Shown: positions 53,184 to 63,847 of the stretch, one piece after another
Position numbering within the stretch: position 1 is the first letter of the stretch
Layout: each line of letters begins with the position of its first letter
Assembly (NCBI GenBank): GCA_038087875.1
Contig: CM075989.1
Coordinates: 6,572,001 to 6,636,000 of the forward strand
Source of the DNA: Malacoraja senta
Lineage: Eukaryota
DNA length: 64,000 bases
Direction of reading: 5' to 3'
The notes under the pieces: model-generated
What the model saw: the letters and a program-made list of their open reading frames with translations, nothing else
Databases searched by the model: none
Told to the model about the DNA's origin: nothing
Translations under genes and position numbers: made by a program

Positions 53184-53671
53184 TATAATTCATTTGGAAA
53201 CGCGACCGGTTCACAACCAATGGCGTCATGGTGGCGCAGCTGGTAGTGCCTCTGCCTAGAGACCCGGGTTAGATCCTGAACTTGGATGCTGTCTGTGTGG
53301 AGTTTGCACGTTCTCACTGTCAAAACGTTGGTTTCCTCCGGGTGCGTCGGTTTCCTCCCACAAGTTTGTACTGTAGGTTAGTCTAGTTTAGTTTAGTTAA
53401 TTGGCCTCTGTAAATTGCCCATAGTGAATGTGAAAGTGGGATAACACAGATGGGATAACAATAGAACTAATGTGAAGAGCTGACCGATGGTCAGCGTGAA
53501 CTCAATGGGCTCAAGGGTCTGTTTCTATGTCTTTAAGATCATAGGTTAGAGGAGCAGAACTATCCCATTCAGCCCATCAAGACTACTCAGATGGACCAAA
53601 TGGGCTAATTCTGCTGCCAGAACGTATGAGCTTATGAACGTATGGTGATTGTTCTTCTCCCGATGCCACAG

Positions 53672-53870
53672 GAATGACGGCCATACCCTGTGCCTGTCTG
53701 GGAATCTTCCTGGGAGGGTTGCTGGTGAAGCAGCTAAGCCTGACGGCCCTGGGAGCTATCCGACTGGCCATGTTAGTCAACATGATATCCACCGGATGCT
53801 ACATATCCTTCCTCTTCCTTGGATGTGACACGGGACCCATAGCAGGAGTCACCGTACCTTATGGAAACTC
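53672..53870 (+). CDS. SLCO3A1: SLCO3A1 internal exon, 199 bp
   Basis: cacag acceptor and GTGAGT donor. MTAIPCACLGIFLGGLLVKQLSLTALGAIRLAMLVNMISTGCYISFLFLGCDTGPIAGVTVPYGNS; in phase with both neighbouring exons. Confidence 0.95.
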
Positions 53871-54409
53871 GTGAGTACCAGTCGTGTTCTGGCCCCGAGG
53901 AATTTTGGAGGCAACGATTTCCGTTCCTTTTTCCAAGCTTTGGGAAAGCTAAAATTGTTTTGCAAGAAATGCATGTTTGGGGGTATTGCTCGATTTACAA
54001 ACGTTCGATGTATGAATGTTTGGTAAACGCTAATCACTCTTTGGCGTATGAGTCGTCGGGTTTACAAATTAGTGTTTCACTGGAACAAATAGCGTCCAAT
54101 GCCCAATCAAGAGTCAAGAGAGTTTATTGTCATGTGTCCCAGATGGGACAATGACATTCTTGATTGCTGCAGCACAACAGAACATGTAAACATAATACAG
54201 AACGGGAGATAAAAGTTCAGTGCGTCTATAGACCATAGACCACATATATATACACAATCAATAAACAGATTAAGCGCTATAGTAATAATAGACAGTTGTT
54301 GTTCAGAGTACAATAGTGCATTCATTCTCATGTGTGTGCAGTGGAAACAAACAGTGACATTATTTTCTTACAAACAGTCCAGTAGAGAATTGCAGTGCCA
54401 AAGCACATC

Positions 54410-54820
54410 ACTGGGCCTGCACTCGCTGGAGTTTAGAAGGATGAGGGGGGGCCTCAATGAAACTTACCAAATAGTGAAAGGCCTGGATAGAGTGGATGTG
54501 GAGAGGATGTTTCCACTACTGGGAGAGTCTAGGCCTAGAGGTCACAGCCTCAGAATTAACGGACATAAAGGAGATGAGGAGGAATTGCTTCAGTCAGAGG
54601 GTGGTGAATCTGTGGAATTCATTGCCACAGATGGCTGTGGAGGCCATGTCGATGGATATTTTTAAGACGGAGATTGACAGAATCTTGATTAATACGGGTG
54701 TCAGGGGTTATGGGGAGAAGGCAGGAGAATGGGGTTGAGAGGGAAAGATTGACCAGCCATGATTGAATGGTGTAGTAGACGGGCCTAATGGCCTAATTCT
54801 GCTCCTATAACGTATGAACA
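54410..54820 (+). mobile_element. CR1-type LINE 3' fragment
   Basis: LGLHSLEFRRMRG...SQRVVNLWNSLP plus the conserved 3' UTR. Similar fragments lie at about 17570-18030(-), 25815-26910(+), 30520-30870(+), 34345-34690(-), 38430-39020(+), 44060-44420(-), 44860-45330(+) and 47765-48180(+). Confidence 0.8.
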
Positions 54821-55343
54821 TCACTGATTAGCAAATTGTACAGAAATAGTCTACTGATCCCGCGTGCAAGAGGCGCCATGTTTTGGCTCCATTTTCAGAG
54901 TCCAGTCCACGCTCTGGGTATTATGAGCGGCGGCCGTTCCAGGCGAGCCCCAGGCTGCTGCAGGGCCTCCAGCCATCGCCTTCCTTGGACGTACGGGTCG
55001 ACCTGAGAGCCGCCGTCCTTCTCCTCGCCCGTCCACCTTTGTGCCCTGGGGACAGCTCCCACTGCAGGTCCCGAGTGTGTGGCAGGGCAGACCCCGATCC
55101 CCTCACCTCCCCCACCAGACTCCCTCCACCCCGCTTGCATCTGTCATCATCTCCTAGTTGGCAGGTCCCCAGCTTCAAGGCCGCAGGCCGGCAGTGGACC
55201 GAGCGTGAGTGTTCATTAAATCTCGGTTGCTTTCGGTAGGCGAGGGAGAGGAGGAAGCAATGGACGATGGGGTGTGTACGAACATCTCCCTGGCTGTGCC
55301 AGTCGAACCATACAGAGGATAACCATTGCATTTATAATTGCAG

Positions 55344-55482
55344 CTCCGTGTCAGATGCAGATTTGGACCCTTACGCTCCTTGCAACAGTGACTGCAATTG
55401 CAAGACAACAGCTTATAACCCAGTTTGTGGATCGGACGGAATCACCTACTTGTCCTCATGTTTTGCGGGCTGCTCCAACGTG
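55344..55482 (+). CDS. SLCO3A1: SLCO3A1 internal exon, 139 bp, Kazal-like extracellular loop
   Basis: ttgcag acceptor and GTAAGT donor. SVSDADLDPYAPCNSDCNCKTTAYNPVCGSDGITYLSSCFAGCSNV has the OATP Kazal-type PVCGxDGxTYxSxCxAGC motif. Confidence 0.93.
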
Positions 55483-55619
55483 GTAAGTGAACGCACACAG
55501 ACATGGAGCGAGGTAGCTTTGGTTCAACCAACTCAGATCCTCTCTAAGCTTCTTATTCCTCAACTTAAACCTACGCCTTCTTATCTTAGACACCTCTACC
55601 ATGGGAAAGGTAGTCTGAC

Positions 55620-56790
55620 GATAACGATACGATACGATAGAACTTCATTTATCCCAGGAGAGAAATTGATCTGCCAAAAGTCATAAATACACGAAAAGTG
55701 ACGAGTGGAAAGGATTGGGGAGAGGGAGGGGGTGGGGGGCGGGGGGGGGGGGGTCAGTCTACCCCACGACAGAAGGGGGAGGAGTTGTACAGTTTGATAT
55801 CCACAGGGAAGAAGGATCTCCTGTGGCGTTCTGTGCTGCATCTTGGTGGAACCCGTCTGTTGCTGAAGGTGCTCCTCAGGTTGACCAGTGTGTGTCATGG
55901 AGGGGGTGAGCTGTATTGTCCAGGACGCTCCACAGTTTGAGGAATATCCTCCCCTCCAAGACCACCTCCCATGCATCCATGGGCAGAAATCCCGGTGGGG
56001 AGGGGGACATGGGGGACACGTCCCCCCCATGTTTCGAGAGGTGGGGGACAATCCCCACCATGTTTTGTAAACTGGATTTTGAAATTCGGTGAATAAAAAT
56101 CTATTAAAAATCTCCGCTTTCCGCGAGACAGTGGGGGTGGGACTGATGATCGATGGCGCCGATTGGACGAAAGAGACGTCGGTCAGCAGGCAATAGGGGG
56201 GGGGGGACCATGACGATTCAGCGCGATGATTGGAGGAGGGAGGTGTCGGTCAGTGACGGAAGTAGGAGGGTGGGACTGAGGATAGAGCGCTGTGATTAGA
56301 GGAGGGAGACAAAGATCATAGAGCGGAGTTTGAATCGACCCGTTCGCGGGGCCTTTCATCGCCCGGTGCGGCTTAAAATCGCCCGCGGGCTCTTCCACAC
56401 CCCATGGTCAAATCACTGCGTCGAGGCGATCGAGGCTCCTGATGTTGAAGCACCCGCCGGGCGATGAAAGGCCCCGCGAACGGGCCGATTCAAGCCCCAG
56501 GATTCGGGGTGGACGAAGCTGCTGTTGCTGGAGTTCGGAGTCGGTCACCAACCAAGTTGGCTCCCGATGTTACCGTCCACAGGGCCCACGGCCGAAGCCT
56601 CGCATGTGTGCGCGTGCGTGTATGTGTGTGCAAATGCGCACGCGAGCGGCCGCCAAGAAATTGTGTCCCCCCCTGTTCCGTGCCTGCATGAATCCAACTC
56701 CGCCCCCAGAGCAGAGCCAGCCTTCCTGATGAGCTTGTCTACTACTTGCCATGTCCATGACTCACACAACGTTGTGTACCTCCAGTGTTC
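55620..56790 (-). mobile_element. Rex1-type LINE 3' fragment split by a hAT MITE
   Basis: DKLIRKAGSALGAELD on one side of the MITE and the ORF end plus a short tandem tail on the other. Confidence 0.6.
55978..56686 (-). mobile_element. hAT-type MITE, long form
   Basis: Reverse complement of the 35351 element; TSD CATGCATC/CATGAATC. Confidence 0.8.
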
Positions 56791-57305
56791 TGCTGATAGG
56801 TCCAAGTGAGAGAGTGATCGGTGGTTGAAGGGTTTGAGCTTCATTGTTTTTCTATTTTTCTTTACTTTTTCTTTGTTCCTCCTGGACTTGTCTGGGAATG
56901 GAGGACATGCCCAGCCTGACCAGATGGGTTGTTCCTCCCGCATTACACAACTCCTTCATTCCTTTGTCCATGTTCTCACTCTCCAAATGCTCCCAGTCTC
57001 TCATCGACCAGATGACCTTGTTTACAGTTCACCAGTACAGTGGCCACTCCAGTTTTATTGGCAACATTTAGCTGGGGCTTTATAAGTTGCTGGTGAGGCC
57101 ACATTTGGAATATTGCGGGCAGTTTTGGGCCCCATTTCTGAGGAAGGATGTGTTGGCGTTAGAGAGAGTCGAGAGGAGGTTTACAAGAATGATCCCAGGG
57201 ATGATTGGGTTAATGCATGAGGAATGTTCGACGGCTCTCGGCTTGTACTCGCTGGAGTTTAGGGGATATCTCATTGAAACCTAACAAATAATGAAAGGCG
57301 TAGAT

Positions 57306-57541
57306 CAGGGGGTTCCCAACCTTTTTCGCCCCGTTTACCCCAGGCAACTTTAATAGCACATAACAATGTTATTTCACTTATTTATGAACAACTAATGATG
57401 AACAGATACCAGTATACCAGAACCAAACACAGTCAGCCAATGAGAAAAGATATGTACAAATCCAGAATCAACAAATTTACCCCCTGGGTAGGTGAAATTT
57501 AAAGCCTTTGGGATAGATTTACCCCAGGTTGGGAACCCTTG
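57306..57541. mobile_element. hAT-Charlie-type MITE inside CR1
   Basis: CAGGGGGTTCCCAACCT...AGGTTGGGAACCCTTG; TSD GCGTAGAT/GCATAGAT. Confidence 0.8.
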
Positions 57542-57785
57542 GCATAGATTGAGTGGATGTGTAAAGGATGTTTCTAGTAGTGGGAAAGTCTAGGACCAGA
57601 GGGCACAGCCTCAGATTAAAAGGACGTATCTTTAGAAAAGTGATGAGGAGGAATTTCTTTAGTCAGAGGGTGGTGAACCTGTGGAATTCTTTGCCACAAA
57701 CTGCTGTGGAGGCCAAGTCAGTGGGTATGTTTAAAGCAGAGTTTGATAGGTTTTTGATTGGCAAGGGTGTCAAAAGTTATGGTTA

Positions 57786-58351
57786 AGGGGCTGTCCCACT
57801 TGGGCGACCTAATTGGCGAGTTTAGAAGTTTTTGAAAAAATTACATGTTGAAGACCTCCTTCGACCATGTAGAAGACCTCCTTCGACCTCCTGCGACCTC
57901 CTTCGACTACGTTGAAGACTAGCTACGACTAGCTATGATTAACTTCGGGAAAATTGGACACCGAATAGTGGAGAGTGAAGACGACCTCCTTCGATCTCCT
58001 TCGACCTCCCTTCGACTATGATGAAGACTATCTACGACTACCTTCGACTACCCTCGATTACCTACGACTAACATGCCGACCTACTACGACCAACTACGAC
58101 TAAACCTACGAGTAAAGAAAGTATCCATTTTTTCCATGGCGACCTTTTTTTTACTACTGGTGGGCATTTTTCAGCATGTTGAAAAATATGCTGCAACCTA
58201 GCTGAAGCCTCGAGTATGCGGGGACTACTCTCGAGCACGAAGGAGAGTTACAAAGTCCTCCTAGGACCTCGTGTCGACCATGCTGCGAGTATGAGTCGAG
58301 GGCAAACTCGCCAGAACTCGCGGATTAGGTCGCCCAAGTGGGACAGCCTCT
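57786..58351. mobile_element. PIF/Harbinger-type MITE with internal CGAC(C/T) motif array
   Basis: GGCTGTCCCACTTGGGCGACCTAAT TIRs; TTA TSD. Confidence 0.85.
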
Positions 58352-59372
58352 TTAGAAGGCAGGAGTATGGGTTTGAGAGAGAGAAATAGATCAGCCATGA
58401 TTGAATGGTGGTGCAGACTCGATGGGCTGAATGGCCTAATCCCGCTCCCTTTTTCCTGGTCTTATTTCCCGTCTCCACCACCTGTCACTTCACAAGCTTC
58501 GTTTGTCTCCGTCCCAATTCAGATGAAGGATCTACACCCAAAACATTAACTCTGTTTCTCTTCCTGCAGATGTAGCCTGACCTGCTGAGTATTCTCAACA
58601 TGTGCCGTTTTATTTTAGATTTTCACTAATGAAGATGGAGTGTTTTCCTAATCTTGCATGAGTGTACTATTTGATGCATTTTGGCAGAAATTGGATGGCT
58701 ACCCAGAGAGAAGGGAATGTGATATATGGAGACAACAGAGGCTGCAGGTGCTGGAATCCTGAACAAATTACAAACTGCTGGAGGAACTCTATGGGTCAGG
58801 CAGCATCTGTGGACACTTTGGGTCAGGACTCTTAGTAAATAGAAAATAAGGAGTACAGCACAGGAACAAACCTATCGGCCCAAAAGGCATCTTGTGAACT
58901 TATCTCATCTGCCTGCACGGGATCCACAACCCTCCATTCCTTGTATGTCCATGTACCTATCTAAAGCTTCTTAAACTTCAGACGTACCCTCCACAGATGT
59001 TACCTGACCCACTGAGTTCCTCCAGCAGTTTTTTTCCCCAATGGGATATGTGGTAAGATATGGAGAATTGGAGCAGAGAACAGATACAACGCACAGAGAC
59101 CATTCAGCCCATCACACCGGTGATAGCCCCTGCTAGAGCAGCCTGTTTGTTCCATTCATTGTCTCTCCGCACAATCCTGCAATTCATTCTCTCTCAAGTG
59201 CCTGTCCAATTCTGTAAACTTCTGTAAACGCTGATTAAATCTGTTTCGACCCCCTCCCCCCACCTAAGGCAAAGTTTCAGATCCCACCATAAAATGTTTT
59301 TCCTCACATCTACCGTTTTACCTTTTGCCGCAAATTTTAAACCTGTTCCGCTGCCCCTGAAGCAACAACTTA

Positions 59373-59803
59373 AGGGCCTGTCCCACTTGGGCGACCTAAT
59401 CCGCGAGTTCTGGCGAGTTTGCCCTCGACTCATACTCGCAGCATGGTCGACACGAGGTCGTAGGAGGTCTTCGTAACTCTCCTTCATGCTCGAGAGTGGT
59501 CTCCGCGTACTCGAGGCCTCAGCTAGGCCGCGGCATTTTTTTCAATATGTTAAAAAATGCCTGCGAGTAAAAAAAGGTCGCCATGGAAAAAATCGATACT
59601 TTTTTTACTCGTAGGTTTAGTCGTTGTAGGCCGTAGTAGGTCGGCACGTTAGTCGTAGGTAATCGAGGGTAGTCGAAGGTAGTCGTAGCTAGTTGAAGCT
59701 GGTCTTCATCATAGTCGAAGGAGGTCGAAGAAGGTCTTCAACATGTCATTTTTTCAAACTGTTCTAAACTCGCCAATTAGGTCGCCCAAGTGGGACAGCC
59801 CCT
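59373..59803. mobile_element. PIF/Harbinger-type MITE, same family as 57786 in the opposite orientation
   Basis: CTGTCCCACTTGGGCGACCTAAT TIRs; TTA TSD. Confidence 0.85.
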
Positions 59804-60950
59804 TTACCTGTACACGATGTAAACCAGTCGCATGTAGAAACAAGGAACTGCAGATGTTGGTTTACAAAAGAAGATACAAAGTGCTGGAGTAATTCAGCGG
59901 GTCAGGCAGCATCTCTGGAGAACATGAAGAGGTGATGTTTCGGGTCGGGACCCTTTTCAGATGAGTCTCCATGTTCTCCAGAGATGCTATCAGTGAGTTA
60001 CTCCAGCACTTTGTGTCTCAACCAAGTCAAGGTTTTGTGCAGCTCTCTCTGGACATTTTTGCTGCAAGAAGAATAACTGCGGGGCAGAGTGGGAAAAGGC
60101 TGCATGACGTATAATTATTTGAATCCATGCATAAACTCTTCATCAATGCCTGAACTGAATTTCCAGTCTGTTCAAAATAGAAGAACATCAGACAGTGGGA
60201 TTGATTCTGCCGACTTAATGGGAACTTATGAAACAAAATCGTACTTTATTTCTATTTTTATGCACAGATGAAATTTTAATCATAACACTTAAGCATCTGG
60301 GACTCTGCTGGCTGCCACACTGTCTCACAGCCCTGGCATTCATTTGCTGCCGTAAAATTACATTTGCACCTAATCAGAAAATTAATGAGCTGTTTTATAA
60401 TAAATTGCAGCTGTGTGAAACCTTGGCAAAAAAAAAAAAAGATTCTCTTTGTTTCTATTGTGATGTAAAATAGTTCCTTTTCTATCCCTGCTGCCTGCCT
60501 CAGTCGGTAGATAGGCATTGTTGATAATGTGATGCATGCATCAGTCTCGCCCATTAACCAAGGTGAATGAATTGTTCCAGGCTAATATCAGCCTGTGGTG
60601 TACAAGAATGATCATCCTGGAATTACACTGAGAGGTTATTCACCATCAACCCACCTGTTGCTCAACAGGGGATGTGTTCATTCCCACTAGAATATCCCAT
60701 TACCAGAACAACACTGCATTTACATTGCATCTTTAGGTGTTTAGTGGTAATAGCGCCATTATTTGAAGAAGGGTCTCGACCTGAAACGTCACCCATTCCT
60801 TCTCTCCAGTGAGGCTGCCTGTCCCGCTGAGTTACTCCAGCATTTTGTGTCCATCTTCGATTTAATCCAGCATCTGCAGTTCTTTCCTACACATAGCACT
60901 ATTAGTGTTTGTTTGTTTGTTTTTTGTGTATAGGTAAAATATATATATAT

Positions 60951-61115
60951 AACATGTTTAAAAAAGAACTGCAGATGCTGGAAAAATCGAAGGTAGACAA
61001 AAATGCTGGGGAAACTCTGCAGGTGAGGCAGCATCTATGGAGCGAAGGAATATTCCTTCGCTCCATAGATGCTGCCTCACCCGCTGAGTTTCTCCAGCAT
61101 TTTTGTCAACCTTAA
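60951..61115. mobile_element. Palindromic Penelope terminal-repeat unit
   Basis: GCAGCATCTATGGAGCGAAGGAATATTCCTTCGCTCCATAGATGCTGC forms a perfect palindromic centre with extended arms. Confidence 0.6.
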
Positions 61116-61131
61116 AACAATATATATATGA

Positions 61132-61133
<2 letters not shown>

Positions 61134-61172
<39 letters not shown>
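61134..61172. repeat. (TA)n microsatellite
   Basis: Direct reading. Confidence 0.95.
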
Positions 61173-61175
<3 letters not shown>

Positions 61176-61186
61176 ATATGATCTAT

Positions 61187-61327
61187 CTTCTTCTTCTTGC
61201 GTATGGTGTACACAGCCTAAAGTTGTAGGACAACGTGTTCTATTTGATCTTACTTGATTGTGCATGCCAGGTTGATTGCATTCGTCGAAACAGGGCTGAC
61301 CACGTGAAGGTTGCAATCTCCCACCCC
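61187..61327 (-). mobile_element. 141-bp non-autonomous retroposon with ribozyme head and (AAG)n tail
   Basis: Flanked by the direct repeat ATATGATCTAT (61176-61186 and 61328-61338). Ends CATACGC-AAGAAGAAGAAG. No tRNA A/B boxes. Confidence 0.75.
61274..61327 (-). ncRNA. Minimal HDV/CPEB3-like self-cleaving ribozyme motif (54 nt)
   Basis: Minus strand GGGGUGG-GA-GAUUGCA-ACC-UUCACGU-GGU-CAGCCCU-GUUUCGA-CGAA-UGCAAUC. This gives P1 (G1.U wobble, one G.A mismatch), a perfect 7-bp P2, P3 ACC/GGU, L3 with the U..G pair positions, a single C-G P1.1, a mini P4 with UUCG and J4/2 CGAA with the catalytic C. Confidence 0.8.
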
Positions 61328-61716
61328 ATATGATCTATATATACTTGTATTTGTGAGTATGGGTACACACGCTGAACTTTTGTTTTCTCTCTCGCTTATT
61401 ATATTGTTTACAGAGTTCTGTGTTTACATATTGTGTTGTGTTGCTGCAAGTAAGAATGTCATTGTTCCATCTGGGACACATGACAATAAAACACTCTTGA
61501 CTCTAATAAAGTTGTGGAGAAACAAGCCCTTTGGCCCAACTTATTGTTGTTGATGATGATGTTGATACATTATTGTCACTTTTTTTTAGATTAGAGACAC
61601 AGGGCGGAAACAGGCCCTTCGGCCCACCGAGTCCACACCGACCAGCGATCCCCTCACACTAACAATATCCTGGAGACAATTGACATTTATACCAAGCCAA
61701 TTATCCTACAAACCTG

Positions 61717-61874
61717 CTGGAGAAACTCAGCGGGTGCAGCAGCATCTATGGAGCGAAGCCCGAAACGTTGCCTATTTCCTTCGCTCCATAGATGCTGCTG
61801 CACCCGCTGAGTTTCTCCAGCATTTTTGTGTACCTTCGGTTTTCCAGCATCTGCAGTTCCTTCTTTAACACAAC
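61717..61874. mobile_element. Palindromic Penelope terminal-repeat unit (second subfamily) inserted in a SINE
   Basis: Inverted arms; exact 14-bp TSD ATCCTACAAACCTG at 61703-61716 and 61875-61888. Confidence 0.75.
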
Positions 61875-63077
61875 ATCCTACAAACCTGTACGGCTTTGGA
61901 CTGTGGGAGTAAACCGAAGATCTCAAAAGTTGTACAGGTATATAGGTAAATTGGCTTGGCGTATGTGTAAAAAATTGTCCCATGTATGTGTAGGATAGTG
62001 GTAATGCACGGGGATCGCTGGTCGGCGCGGACCCGGTGGGGCGAAGGACCTGTTTCTCTAAACTGAACAAAACAAAAATTTCGGAGAAATCCCACGAAGG
62101 TCATGGGGAGAAGGAACAAACTCCGTACAGACAGCACCCGTAATCAGGATCGAGCCCGGGTCTCTGGCGCGGTAAGGCAGCAACTCTACTGCTGCGCCAC
62201 TTTGCCGCCCGTGCGTTTGATGGGTCCTTTTTGTGGGTCACGTGTACCTAGGTGCAGTGAAGTTCTTCGTTCTTGCAAACAAAGTACACAAATGAGCCGC
62301 CACAAAGTCGCACGCAAAAACACAAAGTACTCATCCCTTCTTCATTTCCCTCCCCTCCTCCCCCCCCCCCCCTCCCTGGCGGGTCCCCATCAGTTCTTGG
62401 CGGCCCCCCCTTGTTGTTATTGTACCTGCCTCAACTAACTCCTCTGGCAGCTCGTTTGTGATGTTTGGTGGACTGTGTGGGGTGGGACGAAACATAGAAA
62501 CATAGAAAATAGATGCAGGAGGAGGCCATTCGGCCCTTCGAGCCAGCACCGCGCCACCTGCTGCACGGGAGGAGCAACGGGTCCTCCCACCCCACACAGT
62601 CCACCAAACATCACATCGTTCCACTCCCACAAACCAACGGGGTCGATAGTAGATGCTTCATCTAGTGACCGGCACAAAGTGCTGGAGTAACTCAGCGGGT
62701 CACGTTTGGGGTCGAGACCGTCCCGACCGGAACCATTACCCATTCTTTTCTCCGGCGATGTTGTCTGTCCCTCTGAGTTACTCCAGCACTTGTGTCCATC
62801 TTTGGCATAAACCAGCATTTGCAGTTCCATGTTTCCACACTTCATCTGTTGATGTGGGAGATATTCTACACTGTTCTAGGGATGTGGGATTCTAACACGA
62901 GGAGAGATGGAGAGACTGGATCTCTTTTAACTTCAGGCTACTGAATGCCATTGAAACAGGCAAGCCCATTTTGTATAATTGGATAATGATTGATCTTCAG
63001 CCTGGGTTCTGTGACATAATAATAATCTTGCCTAAATCTCAGCTGAATAGGTCCTGCATTTTCTGATTTGAACCTAA

Positions 63078-63397
63078 TAGCCCTGTCCCACGGTACGAGT
63101 TCATTCCAAGAGCTCTCCCGAGTTGAAAAAAAATCAAACTCGTGGTAAGCACGGAGAATGAACATAGCGGGTACGTCGGAGCTCGGGGACGTCTCTTAGC
63201 GCTAACGGCAGGTACTCGGGAAGACTCGCTAACGGCAGGTAAGCACGGGAAGACTCGTGAAGATTTTTCAACATGATGAAAAATGTCCACGAGAGCCCTG
63301 AGTACCGACGAGCGGCCATTACCGTAAATCTCCGAGTTCGAATCAGGGCAAACTCGGGAGAGCTCTTGGAATGAACTCGTACCGTGGGACAGGGGTT
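63078..63397. mobile_element. PIF/Harbinger-type MITE
   Basis: CCCTGTCCCACGGTACGAGTTCATTCCAAGAGCTCTCCCGAGTT TIRs; TAA TSD. Confidence 0.85.
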
Positions 63398-63847
63398 TAA
63401 GTCCCTGGATCATTATCTTCCCAGCCTCTGGATTACTCGTCCAGTAAGTAACATAACCATTGTGCCACCGCATACAATGACTTGCAGAGCTGACAACGAT
63501 TTTGCACAGTTTTAAAAAATATATATTTAATTGAGAAGCTACTCTGTAATTAGTTAGGGTAGAAGGTATTATGAAGAACGATGGTAGCTTATATAATTAA
63601 TGACTACTCACTATTAAAGGCTATTATTTCAGTGTCTCAGCCAGTGACAGATTCATAATGGGTGAGTTATAAAGGATAGCGTGGGGAAAGTTCAACGGAA
63701 TTGTTCCCCTTTGTTGCATTGATCATGGAGTGGGTCTCTCGTTGGGCAAACCACATGAATGTGCAGTGCCACGTAAAGATTCATTAAAGGACACAAAGTG
63801 TCGGAGTAAGGTCAGCACGCTGGCATAGCGGAAGAGCTACTGCCTTA

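Larger units (their letters stand above)
57080..58450 (+). mobile_element. CR1-type LINE 3' fragment carrying two nested MITEs
   Basis: LVRPHLEYCGQFWAPFLRKDVLALERVERRFTRMIPG...TRGHSLRL...RRNFFSQRVVNLWNSLP. Confidence 0.85.

Noticed and set aside
57850..58110. CRISPR-like or low-complexity coding repeat array
   Set aside because: Irregular short motifs without unique spacers, enclosed by MITE TIRs, in a vertebrate genome.
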